Virus record (IMG/VR): IMGVR_UViG_3300025267_000059
Span: 1-33,524 of that record
Length of the DNA: 33,524 nucleotides
Source: a virus
Lineage: Duplodnaviria > Caudoviricetes
Strand: one strand, 5' to 3'
Part shown: one piece after another, positions 1-9,541 of the stretch
Numbering within the stretch: position 1 is the first letter of the stretch
Layout of the letters: the number at the start of each line of letters is the position of its first letter
Position numbers and translations under genes: made by a program
The notes under the pieces: generated by a model
The model's input: the letters and a program-made list of their open reading frames with translations, nothing else
Told to the model about the DNA's origin: nothing
Databases searched by the model: none

Positions 1-195
1 GGCCTGGGGAGTGATAGGAACAGAACCGGCGGCAGTAGGGTCAGGCCCGAGAGGGGTTAATTCCTCCGGCCCGAGTTCCGGTTCTTCACCGGGAGTGTAC
101 CCGTGAGGGCTAACTGGCTGCCCCTCTATCCCGCCCAATTCTTCGATACTGAGGTCTGCATCCGACTCATCTAAAAGCTGGTCGATATCCGCCAT
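1..195 (-). CDS. N-terminus (partial, runs off window) of acidic/Pro-rich protein, probably another virion ejection protein
   Basis: ATG at 195 preceded by GGGAG. Frame is open to position 1 (MADIDQLLDESDADLSIEELGG...). Follows 217..1977 in the same operon. Confidence 0.65.
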   Translation of the reverse strand, partial: MADIDQLLDESDADLSIEELGGIEGQPVSPHGYTPGEEPELGPEELTPLGPDPTAAGSVPITPQA

Positions 196-216
196 TCCGT
201 GGCTCCCGGTATTTGG

Positions 217-1977
217 TTAATACAGCCTCGGTTGCGGCGACCCAAGCTTCTGACGAGGCCCGAAAGGATCGGAAATGAACGGGTCAGGCCCAGAAGGAGG
301 AGGAGGAGGAGGCAGAGATGCTCTGACTTTATCGGCCAGCGCGTTCAGTTCCTCCAGGGCGGCAGCTTCGCCACCTGTCTTCATTAGCCTTTGATAAACC
401 AACGGGTCAACCCTCATCGTCTGCCCGTTAACTTTGTAGAGGATTGTGCCGCCAGTGTAATGCGGTTCTTTGCCTTCGTCTCCAGATTCACCTGGGTCGC
501 GTTTAAAGTAATCCCCAAGTTCCTCCTCAAGCTCTTCGATGCGTTCCAATATCGCTCCGCCCTCTCGGACTAAAAACTCGTATCGGTCCCTGGAGAGCCC
601 CTTTCGTTGATTCATGTAAAGGTCCAAAGCCTGGGGTCGGTCAGCTTCTGCCAGTGCCTTTAGCGTCTGAAGGCCGCCAGGAATATTCCCTAACCCAGCC
701 AATCCGGGCTTCGCATTTAGTGTGCTTTGGGCGTTATTCGAGGCTTGGTCGAGCTTCGCCTTCTCCTCCCGGCGAACGGAATTGCCTTGCAGGTCATCCT
801 CCGCAGCATCTCTCAGGAGACCGGGGTTGTCGATTAGTCTCTCCCATTTTCGTAATTGCAATACCTTTTCGTATGCATCCTTTTCCCAGAATGAAAAGGG
901 ACCTTTTTTGTCATCGATTTTCTGGAGCCGATCCTCTAATTCCTCAATGGAAAGGCGATGGGCATTGCCAGGAACATTGTTGGCGGCACCGAGGGTTTTA
1001 GCGGTGACGGCTTCTCCAGTATCGTCTCCCTTGCCTGTAGTCGGATCATAATCGTCTAGGAGCCAAGAGGACTTAGCGACCCATCTTTCGATCTTGTTGT
1101 TAGTACTCTTCTCCAGGGCCGTTGTTCTGTCTTTTACGTCTTCCGTTATTTGCTCTTCAGTTTTGTTATGCCTCCAGGTGCCCGGTGCAACTGTTTTGGG
1201 ATTTTTGTAGTCTTCTGTTTGCTTCGCTACCTTGGCATCCATCTCCGCTTTTCGCAGCATGGCCTTTAATTCTCGTGCGGCCTTCTTGTCATCTGAATCA
1301 ACCTCTACCCTGAAACCGCCCGCCCGGTCACTTGTTAAAACTACAGTGTTTATGTTCTGGTCGAGATCGGGTGATAGTGGCGCAAATGGTTCGCCATTCT
1401 GTTCGGCCATGGCGCGAGCCATGTCGTTGTATCTGCCCAGAGTCATCGTGCCACCGGCCTTCTTCACCATCTCCTCGATAGTGGGCTTCCGCTTCCGACT
1501 TATGAGCCCGGAATCTTCGACCTGTTTGAATAGACGCTGCATTGCCTGCTTCTTTCGCAGCGCAGATACCGGGCCGCTATTCAATAGGGCGTCGTTCTCG
1601 ATGCCCCGTAGCGTGTTCTTGAACTTCATGGCCTCGCCAACGTCGCCGCCCTCATAGTTGGAAGGCTCAAGCTCGGTCTTCAAGCCATTGACGCTGTCCA
1701 GGTACGCCTTGTTCTGGGCCGCCTTCTCCTGAATCTCCTGCTGGTGAGCCTGCTGGCGGGCCTGCTCGGCGGTGCGGTACGCTGCCTTCTTGGCCTCGGC
1801 AAACTGCCTAGCCATTCTGTACTGGTGATCCGCTGCGGCCTTCTGCCTCGCCAAGTCCAGTTGCTGTTGTTGCTGCTGGAGTTGAATAGCTTTAGGCATC
1901 GCTTCGGCGCGGCCAACCGCCCTGGCAACCGGACCCATCATCTCGTATGACGGCGTGTTTTTAAAAGTAAAAGGCAT
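217..1977 (-). CDS. putative internal virion/DNA ejection protein (helical, Q/A/K-rich)
   Basis: 586-aa ORF with coiled-coil-like composition, downstream of the tail genes as in podoviruses. Function is inferred from position. Confidence 0.6.
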   Translation of the reverse strand: MPFTFKNTPSYEMMGPVARAVGRAEAMPKAIQLQQQQQQLDLARQKAAADHQYRMARQFAEAKKAAYRTAEQARQQAHQQEIQEKAAQNKAYLDSVNGLKTELEPSNYEGGDVGEAMKFKNTLRGIENDALLNSGPVSALRKKQAMQRLFKQVEDSGLISRKRKPTIEEMVKKAGGTMTLGRYNDMARAMAEQNGEPFAPLSPDLDQNINTVVLTSDRAGGFRVEVDSDDKKAARELKAMLRKAEMDAKVAKQTEDYKNPKTVAPGTWRHNKTEEQITEDVKDRTTALEKSTNNKIERWVAKSSWLLDDYDPTTGKGDDTGEAVTAKTLGAANNVPGNAHRLSIEELEDRLQKIDDKKGPFSFWEKDAYEKVLQLRKWERLIDNPGLLRDAAEDDLQGNSVRREEKAKLDQASNNAQSTLNAKPGLAGLGNIPGGLQTLKALAEADRPQALDLYMNQRKGLSRDRYEFLVREGGAILERIEELEEELGDYFKRDPGESGDEGKEPHYTGGTILYKVNGQTMRVDPLVYQRLMKTGGEAAALEELNALADKVRASLPPPPPPSGPDPFISDPFGPRQKLGSPQPRLY

Positions 1978-1980
1978 GTT

Positions 1981-4026
1981 CTATGACCTTCGGGCTGCTC
2001 TCTGTAATGCCAGTTGTTCAAGGATTTGAGTACGAGCCTGTGCCCTCGCTAAATTGCGGTTCTGTTGAGCAATACGTCTACCGGCTACCCCCGTCTCGCC
2101 ACGAGCCTCTCTCGCGGCAAGGATATCAGCGCGATCTTCTTTCGAGCCCCATTTAGCCTCAAGCTGGTCTAGTTCTTCCTGTTCCCACTCGGTAATGAAC
2201 CCTTCTTCAATGCCTCTTAGCTCCGCAATCCTTGCCTGGGCCTTCTTCCTTCGCGCCGAGGCAGTGGGAGTTTTAAAACCCTCTCGCTCAAACCTAGCAT
2301 CTTCGGCTTTAGCAAAATCAGTGCGGGTGTCCGCTGCGGGTGGCCGTTGATAGGCGATACCCTGTTCCGCCTGTGTCCCCATCTGCGGCATCCAGGGATT
2401 GGCCCTGCGGACTCTTTCTTTCAGTACGGCCCTGCCTAGCTGATCACCGGAAAGACCACTGCGGGCCTGACCGATAGGTCTGCGGCCACGAGTGGCTCCC
2501 CATTTCTCTTCATTCTCTTTGTCCCACTTCGCCTGTAGGGCCGCCTGTCGATCCCTTTCCGCCGTATACTGTTTCGCCAAGAAATCCCTTCGCTGTTTCA
2601 GTTCAGCGTAGAGTTTAGGATTCGTCTCTTTAAGCTGGTCAATGAATGCGTTGTCTTCTTCGGTGAAGGCCGCTCTGCCACCAGCCGCCCCTCGGGCACT
2701 GCGTTCAGCGATCCCCATGCCCTGATTTCGCAAGGAGCCTTCGTATCTGGCCTTCATTGCGGGAAAGGTCGCATGGGCCTTCACCGCCTTTAGGTTGCCC
2801 TCCTGCTCATCCTTGTCCAGGGAATCCCAAAACAATCTGTCGTCGTCATTTAGCGGGATGCCCAGTGCCATCTTGGTGCCAATGCGGAGATTGCGTTCCT
2901 GCTCCGATGACGTTGGCGGTTCCTGCCAAGGCTCTAGCGGCACAGAAGGATCAGCCTCTTGCGGCCAGAGTACACTGGCGGTTGGCCTGTCGGGGGGTGC
3001 TGCCCCGGTGTCTTGCCACGACACATCTGGACCGAGGAGGTCGCTCATCTCCTGTGTCCTAGCTTCTTCGGGAGGCAGGGGAGATGCGCTTGGACCGCCT
3101 GGGTCAACGCCGGTCCTGGCTCCTTGCGCCCGGCGTTCAAGGTCCCGCATGTAGGCATCCTGGTCGTCGTAGTATTTCGCCGTCTCTGCGGCCCCGGCAG
3201 CGGTGGCCTGGGCGGCCTCGCGTTCTCTCTCCTGGCCCGCAAGGCGTCTTGTTTCTTCGTCCCTCTCTCCTTGACGCATGTCCGCACTACGTCCCTGCGC
3301 TCTAATATCTAAGCGACTTTGGATGAAGGCCGCACCGTCCGGGTTTTGTTGCAGCTGCTCAATAAACCGCTTGTCAGCGTCAGTCATCCCCGTGCTGAAG
3401 GCACGCTCAATAATCGCATCAACAGTTTCCTGAAGGTTTATTTCTGAACCATAATGTTCTGATGGCGGTGCCTCTCCAGCGGAAATTGCCTCTTCTGCAC
3501 TCGCGTATCCACCTGCTAACTCCCACCACGGCGCACCAAAAGGTCCTCCAGGGCCAGGAACATCGAAGGACCGAGCGGGACGCCCTCCAGCCTCGGGAGT
3601 TCCCAGTGGCTGCATTGCCCATGTAGGCCCGCCCGGCGGAGGGGCGAGGGAACGAGGAGGTACAGGCGCGATCTGCGGAGGCCCTTGTGGGGGCTCGTCT
3701 TGGACCTGTCCTACTACGCCCGGAGGCGGAACTTGTCTTACTGGACCCGCAAGCGTGGAGTGAATGTCTTCCGGGTCACGGAAAGGTAGACGGGACAGAC
3801 GATCTTGCTCGGCAATAAATTTCTGCTGCTTCAGACGCATCGCCCGCTCCCTGGCTAGGCGTCGGTTTCGCTTTTTGGTTGGGATGGTTGGTAGTTTCAG
3901 TCCAGAAACACCTAAAATGCCTCCGATCCCTTTGATCCCAGCTTTTAGGTCCCGCAAATACTCCTCTGGAGTTAGGGTATCTAGCGGTTCGTCGATTACA
4001 ATTGGTTCAAATTTAGTCTTTGCCAT
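1981..4026 (-). CDS. putative internal virion/DNA ejection protein (Pro-rich plus helical)
   Basis: 681-aa ORF with AAGGA RBS, tightly packed operon, low-complexity sequence. Confidence 0.6.
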   Translation of the reverse strand: MAKTKFEPIVIDEPLDTLTPEEYLRDLKAGIKGIGGILGVSGLKLPTIPTKKRNRRLARERAMRLKQQKFIAEQDRLSRLPFRDPEDIHSTLAGPVRQVPPPGVVGQVQDEPPQGPPQIAPVPPRSLAPPPGGPTWAMQPLGTPEAGGRPARSFDVPGPGGPFGAPWWELAGGYASAEEAISAGEAPPSEHYGSEINLQETVDAIIERAFSTGMTDADKRFIEQLQQNPDGAAFIQSRLDIRAQGRSADMRQGERDEETRRLAGQEREREAAQATAAGAAETAKYYDDQDAYMRDLERRAQGARTGVDPGGPSASPLPPEEARTQEMSDLLGPDVSWQDTGAAPPDRPTASVLWPQEADPSVPLEPWQEPPTSSEQERNLRIGTKMALGIPLNDDDRLFWDSLDKDEQEGNLKAVKAHATFPAMKARYEGSLRNQGMGIAERSARGAAGGRAAFTEEDNAFIDQLKETNPKLYAELKQRRDFLAKQYTAERDRQAALQAKWDKENEEKWGATRGRRPIGQARSGLSGDQLGRAVLKERVRRANPWMPQMGTQAEQGIAYQRPPAADTRTDFAKAEDARFEREGFKTPTASARRKKAQARIAELRGIEEGFITEWEQEELDQLEAKWGSKEDRADILAAREARGETGVAGRRIAQQNRNLARAQARTQILEQLALQRAARRS

Positions 4027-4062
4027 CGTCGTATTCCTTGAATTATTTATCAGCCTTAACTA

Positions 4063-5223
4063 TTAGCCCCAACCGCCCCATGTCCAGCCAAATGTCTCGC
4101 CAAGTTCCCTTAGTCTCCTGAATTCCACCCAGTCCTGAGCCCGAGAAGCTGCGAGCAGTTGTCTATTCATCTGCTGTCTCGCGGCAAGGTTGCCTGGGTT
4201 ATTGCCCCCCTGGTTTCCACCACCCTGCTGACCACCGCCCTGCTGACCACCGCCCTGCTGGCCGCCCATCAAAGCTTGGCCTAGCACAGTGTTTTGCCCA
4301 CCAATAAGATTAAAGCCCGCACCCGTATTGCCTGCCATCTTTTCGTTAAAGGACTGCCCGGAACCGACCTGAGCGGCACCGATTCCCTTCTGTATGTCAT
4401 AAAATGTTTTATAGTCCGGGTACTGTGCGTCTATACTCGACATGGTTGCGCCGAGCCGATCTCCTTCCCATCGCTGAACACCTGCCCGCAGTGCGGCTTG
4501 CTCGGCCTCTAAGCGAGTGAGTTCCCTGGCCCGCCTGGATTGTGATTGTTCAGCCAGCCTGGGAGCCCATCCCGAATAGTCGGGCTTGTAGCCTGCGGGC
4601 GTTGCGGGGCCTGTCTGGCCCCCAGTGACTCCGTACCTTTCTCCCACCCGGCCACCAAATCCAGCAGTAACGGCATTCTGCGCATCCTGGCGTCCAGCGT
4701 TTCTGAGGTCGTACTCCAGGCCAGCCCTTGCTGCCGCCGCGCCCTTCTCAAGTTCTCCCATCTGACGAGCCCCACGGTCTTCGTAGATTCCTAGCGTCTG
4801 ACCGAGGGCGGCATAATTCTGTGCCTCTGCTTTTGCTTGCTGGTACGCATATTCCCCCGCTACTGTATTGGGGAACCCCGACCTATCAATGTTCGGCCAC
4901 GGATAGCGACTGGAAATGTTAGGGTCCAGGTCCTGTCCGGCCCTCAGTCCACGGAGGTGCTGGTTGTAATCCGTAGGGGGTTGCGTACCTGTTTGATATT
5001 GTCCTGTCGCTGCATTGAGGGAGGGATAATTGCTACCGTAGTTCAAAGCGTTGGCATACGTCTGAGCGTTACCCGATACTTGGGGCTGATTGGCTACATT
5101 GAATGCATTGGCTGCTGCTTGATTGGTCTTGTTAAAATTAGACGCGAGATTAGCAGCTTGACCGAAGCTAGAACCGGGAGTGCCCGAGACAGTCATTGTC
5201 GGCGGTATATAGTACGTTCCCAT
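4063..5223 (-). CDS. putative pilot/ejection protein (G/Q/A/N-rich)
   Basis: 386-aa ORF with AAGGA RBS and GQQGG repeats. Composition is typical of podovirus pilot proteins. Confidence 0.6.
   Translation of the reverse strand: MGTYYIPPTMTVSGTPGSSFGQAANLASNFNKTNQAAANAFNVANQPQVSGNAQTYANALNYGSNYPSLNAATGQYQTGTQPPTDYNQHLRGLRAGQDLDPNISSRYPWPNIDRSGFPNTVAGEYAYQQAKAEAQNYAALGQTLGIYEDRGARQMGELEKGAAAARAGLEYDLRNAGRQDAQNAVTAGFGGRVGERYGVTGGQTGPATPAGYKPDYSGWAPRLAEQSQSRRARELTRLEAEQAALRAGVQRWEGDRLGATMSSIDAQYPDYKTFYDIQKGIGAAQVGSGQSFNEKMAGNTGAGFNLIGGQNTVLGQALMGGQQGGGQQGGGQQGGGNQGGNNPGNLAARQQMNRQLLAASRAQDWVEFRRLRELGETFGWTWGGWG
4217..4261. repeat. 3 x 15-bp tandem repeat encoding QQGGG
   Basis: ccaccaccctgctga / ccaccgccctgctga / ccaccgccctgctgg. 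Confidence 0.9.
5043..5094. repeat. 52-bp dispersed direct repeat B, copy 1 (encodes ANQPQVSGNAQTYANAL)
   Basis: Matches 5976-6027 with 2 mismatches. Confidence 0.95.
5144..5203. repeat. 60-bp dispersed direct repeat A, copy 1 (encodes PTMTVSGTPGSSFGQAANLA)
   Basis: Matches 5258-5317 with 4 mismatches. Confidence 0.95.
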
Positions 5224-5238
5224 CGTTCAGTCCTTGAT

Positions 5239-6087
5239 TTATCTATTGAAGAAACTGGCGAGATTAGCAGCTTGACCGAAGCTAGAACCTGGGGTGCCAG
5301 AGACGGTCATTGTCGGCCCGCCCTGGTTGGCATAACCCAGGTATGGATTACTGGCACCAGACGGCGTGAAATTTACCCCCCTGCCGAAAAGTTTCTCCTG
5401 GGGGGTCAGTGGAACGCGAGCCCCCGTCCCTTGACGGAGGTTAGCTGCCGCCTGTGCGTTGGCTCCAATGCTCTGATACCAAGGGGTGAAGTATTGTCCG
5501 GGGCCTGTCACCTCGGGGGCTCCCTCGGGAACGTCGGTGGCTCCAGTCACCCCACCGGGACTAGGAGGCATCCCGCTTCGCTGCCACGGCCTTATCTCGT
5601 GGGTCGCCATTAGGCCCGTTTCCCTTTGTTGGGCACCGCTTGGCCCGCCTATCAAATCCATGGAACTGATGTAGGAACCCAAGTAGGGGCCACCAGGGGA
5701 CGGCCCCTGCCCTCCCTGTTGTTGCCCGGATGCGGGTGCCCCTGGGCTGGTCTGATTGACTCCTGTATGCCCCGGAGAAGTGCTACCGCCGTCGCCGGAG
5801 TCGATCTCCCACCCCGAACCGGGAGGAGCCGTATAGCCACCGGACGATACAGTCTGTGTTTCGCCGGTAATCGTATTTCGCCACTTAACCATTGCCTGTG
5901 TGTTCATTGAGCCTTCTGGGGGAGGTATCAATCCTCCACCAACACCGGGGAGCGTTTGGGCCTGATTGACTCCGCTCAAAGCGTTGGCATACGTCTGAGC
6001 GTTACCTGACACTTGGGGCTGATTGGCCCCCGTTTGGGGGAACAACAGTCCCGATCCAACTTGTGACGTTTGTGGAGATGCCGCCAT
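5239..6087 (-). CDS. G/P/Q-rich, likely disordered virion protein
   Basis: 282-aa ORF in the operon. Shares two peptide motifs with the downstream protein. Confidence 0.65.
   Translation of the reverse strand: MAASPQTSQVGSGLLFPQTGANQPQVSGNAQTYANALSGVNQAQTLPGVGGGLIPPPEGSMNTQAMVKWRNTITGETQTVSSGGYTAPPGSGWEIDSGDGGSTSPGHTGVNQTSPGAPASGQQQGGQGPSPGGPYLGSYISSMDLIGGPSGAQQRETGLMATHEIRPWQRSGMPPSPGGVTGATDVPEGAPEVTGPGQYFTPWYQSIGANAQAAANLRQGTGARVPLTPQEKLFGRGVNFTPSGASNPYLGYANQGGPTMTVSGTPGSSFGQAANLASFFNR
5258..5317. repeat. 60-bp dispersed direct repeat A, copy 2
   Basis: Matches 5144-5203. Confidence 0.95.
5976..6027. repeat. 52-bp dispersed direct repeat B, copy 2
   Basis: Matches 5043-5094. Confidence 0.95.
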
Positions 6088-6096
6088 ATCTATTCT

Positions 6097-6666
6097 CTAC
6101 AGCTTTACAATGTTAATAAAGCAACCAGCGGCTCTGGCGTCCCAGCCAGCCGTTGAGTCACCGGCCACTCGCGCCACAATAACTTCGATCTTGTCACCTT
6201 CGTCTATTTCAAAGGGGGTTGCAGGATATGTCAGTGAAACAGTTAGCCCAGTGTCTTCGACAGAATATACTGCTGCCCCGTTGTTCGCGTAAGCTCCAGT
6301 CGATGCCTGAAACTGCGACAAATAGCTCGCGGCACTGTCCTGTGTAGAGCCCGATGCGGTAAAATCTATTGCCCATGATACTAGATATAGGCCGGTTTGG
6401 GCGAACTCAATCGCAGTGCCATAGGAGGTTAGCCAATCGGGCAATTCCTCGTCCCCGCCTGGCTTCTTGGGGATCACTTTATCCCAGGCCACGGCGGCGA
6501 GCCCCAGGACTCCCGCACTGAGGGCCTGATTGGCCGACATGCCGAGAGTTACCGCTGACTTAGGCTCGGGTATATGGCCCTGTATGACGCTGCGGACTCG
6601 CCTCATAGCGTCGTTAAGCTGGCTCCAATTGCAAATATTTGCTGGTATTAACCGTGCGGCCATCAA
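6097..6666 (-). CDS. putative tail-associated protein with beta-sandwich (C1q/TNF-like) C-terminal domain
   Basis: 189 aa, coupled to the stop of the upstream gene. C-terminal beta-rich pattern (TGLYLVSWAIDF...EGDKIEVIV). Confidence 0.5.
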   Translation of the reverse strand: MMAARLIPANICNWSQLNDAMRRVRSVIQGHIPEPKSAVTLGMSANQALSAGVLGLAAVAWDKVIPKKPGGDEELPDWLTSYGTAIEFAQTGLYLVSWAIDFTASGSTQDSAASYLSQFQASTGAYANNGAAVYSVEDTGLTVSLTYPATPFEIDEGDKIEVIVARVAGDSTAGWDARAAGCFINIVKL

Positions 6667-9167
6667 TCCCTCCTTACACGACTGACGGATCGGATCGAAC
6701 CCACCAGTGATTCAAAGGCCCACCTGCGATTAGACTCGCCGTTCTTTAGCCTTATTCTCGCCCAGGTTCCGGTTACCATGGGGTAGCAAGTATGCTGCAT
6801 ACCTTCATCATCATGTCCATACCAAGTGCCCCTGAAGTCCGGTTCGGTCTTGTTATTGGCCCTCTCCGCCGACTTCCCCACATATATTTCGTAGTCCACA
6901 TCACCGCTTCCTTCGGCCAGGACCGCCTTAAGGTTCAATAGCGTGGCCTCTAGTCCCTCCTCTGCTAGCTGACTAAACATATCAACGTAACTCTGAACCT
7001 CCTCGGTGGTGTCATCCTGTGATGTGGCGGGGTCATGGGAACGCACATATCCGTCTTTGCACCCGAATAGAGTCCAAGAGGTAGCGGCGGTATGCCCTCT
7101 CCGTTGATGAACACTAATCGGCTCATGATCCAGGTCCCCGAAAGTTTCCTCAAAGAGGGAAAGCTCAAATTGGTCTCCCTTGGGGGTGGTTTTGAAATCC
7201 GCAAAATAGTGCGTCCTAGAAACCACATCGGCTCCGGCCTTGGATACACGAGTGATATAAAACCCCCTCCCGTGAATGTCATTCTCAAGGATGACCTCAT
7301 AGGGGTCATCCGCATCTGTCTCGTCAAGAAGATCAGCAGGCAACTTCTCTCGGGACAGAGATATAGGGGGAGTCCCACAGGGACCGAGCATGGCATAGAC
7401 TCCGTCGTGTGACAAAAATACGGCGTGATGCTTCTCAATCATGCACCAAGCCATAGGGCCAACAATCCCGACGTTGGCGTCAAGTCTAACGAGTTGGCCG
7501 CCCTCTGCCGGGTCTCCACGAAGAACCCAGGTGGAACTTTCCGTAAAAACAATCATGCAGTTGTCGGACCAGGGGATAACTGAGATGATTGGCTCACCCA
7601 GAACCCCGGCCTCGGCTGTCGAGAACAAAATGGGCCGGGCCATATCTTCGTCGTCATCCGATGCCAGCCAGTCGTGGGCATTGGCCTGACGAGACATCCT
7701 TAAGATATGGGGCGAGCCTTCGTCTACCATTACCATCCGAGACCGCCAACTCACCACAAACCTGGACCCCAAGGGGACAAACCCCTTTCCTGGGTCCGCT
7801 ACCCACTTGAACACATCAGGGAACAGGCCCCCCTTGGTTGTCTCGGTTATTGTGACGCTAGGTGTAGACCCGCCGGTCAGGCTATTGTTGGTTAGCGTCA
7901 TTGTGGGGACATCTATCCCCACAAGGTCTTCTTGAAATGTTACGGTTATCGCAGTATCTGGGTCGGAGTCGGCAGTGCCCCCGCACACAACATTGTCCGC
8001 GCCTATGGTGCTTAGGGCCTCCAGTGCAGTCTCCAGGGCTGAAGGGGCGATATTGTAGGCAAGCGCAGAGGTCTGCTGCCCCCTGAAGGTCAACCTGAAT
8101 GTTCCGCCTGTGGGAGTTCCGGTGATTGCCACGGTCTGGACTTCCCCGGTCACCAGCCCCGCCGGGTCCAGAACCTTCGGTGCCCGCTGGACGCGGAATT
8201 TCAGGTTGTCGGCAGACTCCGTAACATCGGGTGAATGCTGAAGGTCCAGGGTGGTCTCATTTTGCCGATTGGTTATTTTGTAGACCCTGGTCTCGGCAGG
8301 ACCACCCGCCCCCTTGGTGGTCTCAGCTATGGTCACTGTGGGGCTAGACCCGCCTGTAAGGGCGTTAGTGTCCAGCAACATTATGGGGGCGTCCCACCCT
8401 TTGAATTTATTCACAAAGGTTACCGTTATCGGAGTTCCAGGGTGGGCACCACCGGCGCAAGTAACATTGCCAGACTGTATGGTTTTTATGGCCTCTAGTT
8501 CCAGTTGGAGGGTTGCGGCTGAGATGTTGTAAGCGAGAGAATTGGTGACAGACCCCATAAAGGATAACTTGTATGTGCCCCCCGTAGGGGAGCCCGTAAC
8601 CGTAACCGTCTGTACTTCATTCGTTACCTCGCCAGAGGACTCAACCGCCATGTCGTGTATGTCGGCTGAAACAGAGTCGGTAACAAAGGTCGAGTCCGTC
8701 GATACCACGCTCTGGCCGTTGGCGTTCTTCGTGCTGATAGCCAAGTCCCCTCCGGTAATAAGGGGCGTGTCGTAGTCGGCAATGTAGAGCTTATTGCCCA
8801 TTTCTGCCGCCATGATAGTGAAGTTGGTGGTCAGAATATTGGCCGGGGCACTGGTGATCTTCTCCAGGGTTGAGTCACCCCACCACACCTCACCGTTGGC
8901 AGACGCCACGACCTTTTCGACTACCAGGGAGCCCGGAGGGAGAATGTACCGCAGGGTAGATAGCAATCTGACCGGGTGAGACCCACCGCTAACCTGCTGA
9001 GTGTGGGCCTTCTTCAGGGCTGGGCGGGAACCTCCACGCTCACGCCTCTCAAACGAATCGTCGGGCCTGACGTTCCGGGCCGCCGGGGTGGTGTTCGCGG
9101 GCTGGGCACCGTGGGGCAGTCTCTTGTTGAGCCCGAGCACAGGAAACGAGAACTTCATCTTTCTCAT
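6663..9167 (-). CDS. putative tail nozzle/stabilisation protein (T7 gp12/P22 gp10-like) with two inserted ~105-aa repeats
   Basis: 834 aa. N-terminal 'FPVLGLN...P...ARNVR' and beta-propeller-like strands. Lies downstream of the adaptor. Internal EVQTV...ETTKG duplication. Confidence 0.65.
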   Translation of the reverse strand: MRKMKFSFPVLGLNKRLPHGAQPANTTPAARNVRPDDSFERRERGGSRPALKKAHTQQVSGGSHPVRLLSTLRYILPPGSLVVEKVVASANGEVWWGDSTLEKITSAPANILTTNFTIMAAEMGNKLYIADYDTPLITGGDLAISTKNANGQSVVSTDSTFVTDSVSADIHDMAVESSGEVTNEVQTVTVTGSPTGGTYKLSFMGSVTNSLAYNISAATLQLELEAIKTIQSGNVTCAGGAHPGTPITVTFVNKFKGWDAPIMLLDTNALTGGSSPTVTIAETTKGAGGPAETRVYKITNRQNETTLDLQHSPDVTESADNLKFRVQRAPKVLDPAGLVTGEVQTVAITGTPTGGTFRLTFRGQQTSALAYNIAPSALETALEALSTIGADNVVCGGTADSDPDTAITVTFQEDLVGIDVPTMTLTNNSLTGGSTPSVTITETTKGGLFPDVFKWVADPGKGFVPLGSRFVVSWRSRMVMVDEGSPHILRMSRQANAHDWLASDDDEDMARPILFSTAEAGVLGEPIISVIPWSDNCMIVFTESSTWVLRGDPAEGGQLVRLDANVGIVGPMAWCMIEKHHAVFLSHDGVYAMLGPCGTPPISLSREKLPADLLDETDADDPYEVILENDIHGRGFYITRVSKAGADVVSRTHYFADFKTTPKGDQFELSLFEETFGDLDHEPISVHQRRGHTAATSWTLFGCKDGYVRSHDPATSQDDTTEEVQSYVDMFSQLAEEGLEATLLNLKAVLAEGSGDVDYEIYVGKSAERANNKTEPDFRGTWYGHDDEGMQHTCYPMVTGTWARIRLKNGESNRRWAFESLVGSIRSVSRVRRD

Positions 9168-9170
9168 ATA

Positions 9171-9500
9171 TCAATTTCCTGCTCCATCTAACTTCCTCTC
9201 CACGTTATCCAGCTTTTCGTACATGACATCCTGCTGTACGGAGAGACGCTCAATGTCAACACGGAGGCCCTGGACGGACTTGTTGTTGTCCAAGATAGCC
9301 TTTGATAGAACAGAAAGATCGTCCAGTTGACGCATGATCAGGCGGCGATCCTCAACGTAGGGAGACTCCGTCTGGATCATCTCACTAACGTCGGCATGGG
9401 TAGTGGCGGTTATGGCGGCATAGGTCAAGAACACCATCCATGACACAAGGCCCGTGCCCGTGGCCCACACAATCTTATCTTTCAGGCTAGCGAAGTCCAT
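9171..9500 (-). CDS. membrane-anchored coiled-coil protein (lysis-associated?)
   Basis: Start revised to ATG 9500 (GGAGG RBS). One hydrophobic segment followed by a heptad pattern. Confidence 0.55.
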   Translation of the reverse strand: MDFASLKDKIVWATGTGLVSWMVFLTYAAITATTHADVSEMIQTESPYVEDRRLIMRQLDDLSVLSKAILDNNKSVQGLRVDIERLSVQQDVMYEKLDNVERKLDGAGN

Positions 9501-9541
9501 TTCAGCCTCCGTAAAGTGAAGGGGGGACAAACCCCCGTACA

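Noticed and set aside
4837-5613. 258-aa plus-strand ORF containing a repeated peptide
   Set aside because: Antisense shadow of repeat A. The mismatches are synonymous in the minus-strand genes.
5043-6027. Repeats read as a CRISPR array or DGR TR/VR pair
   Set aside because: Only two copies each, inside coding frames, with irregular spacing. Mismatches are not adenine-specific, and no cas or reverse transcriptase gene is present.
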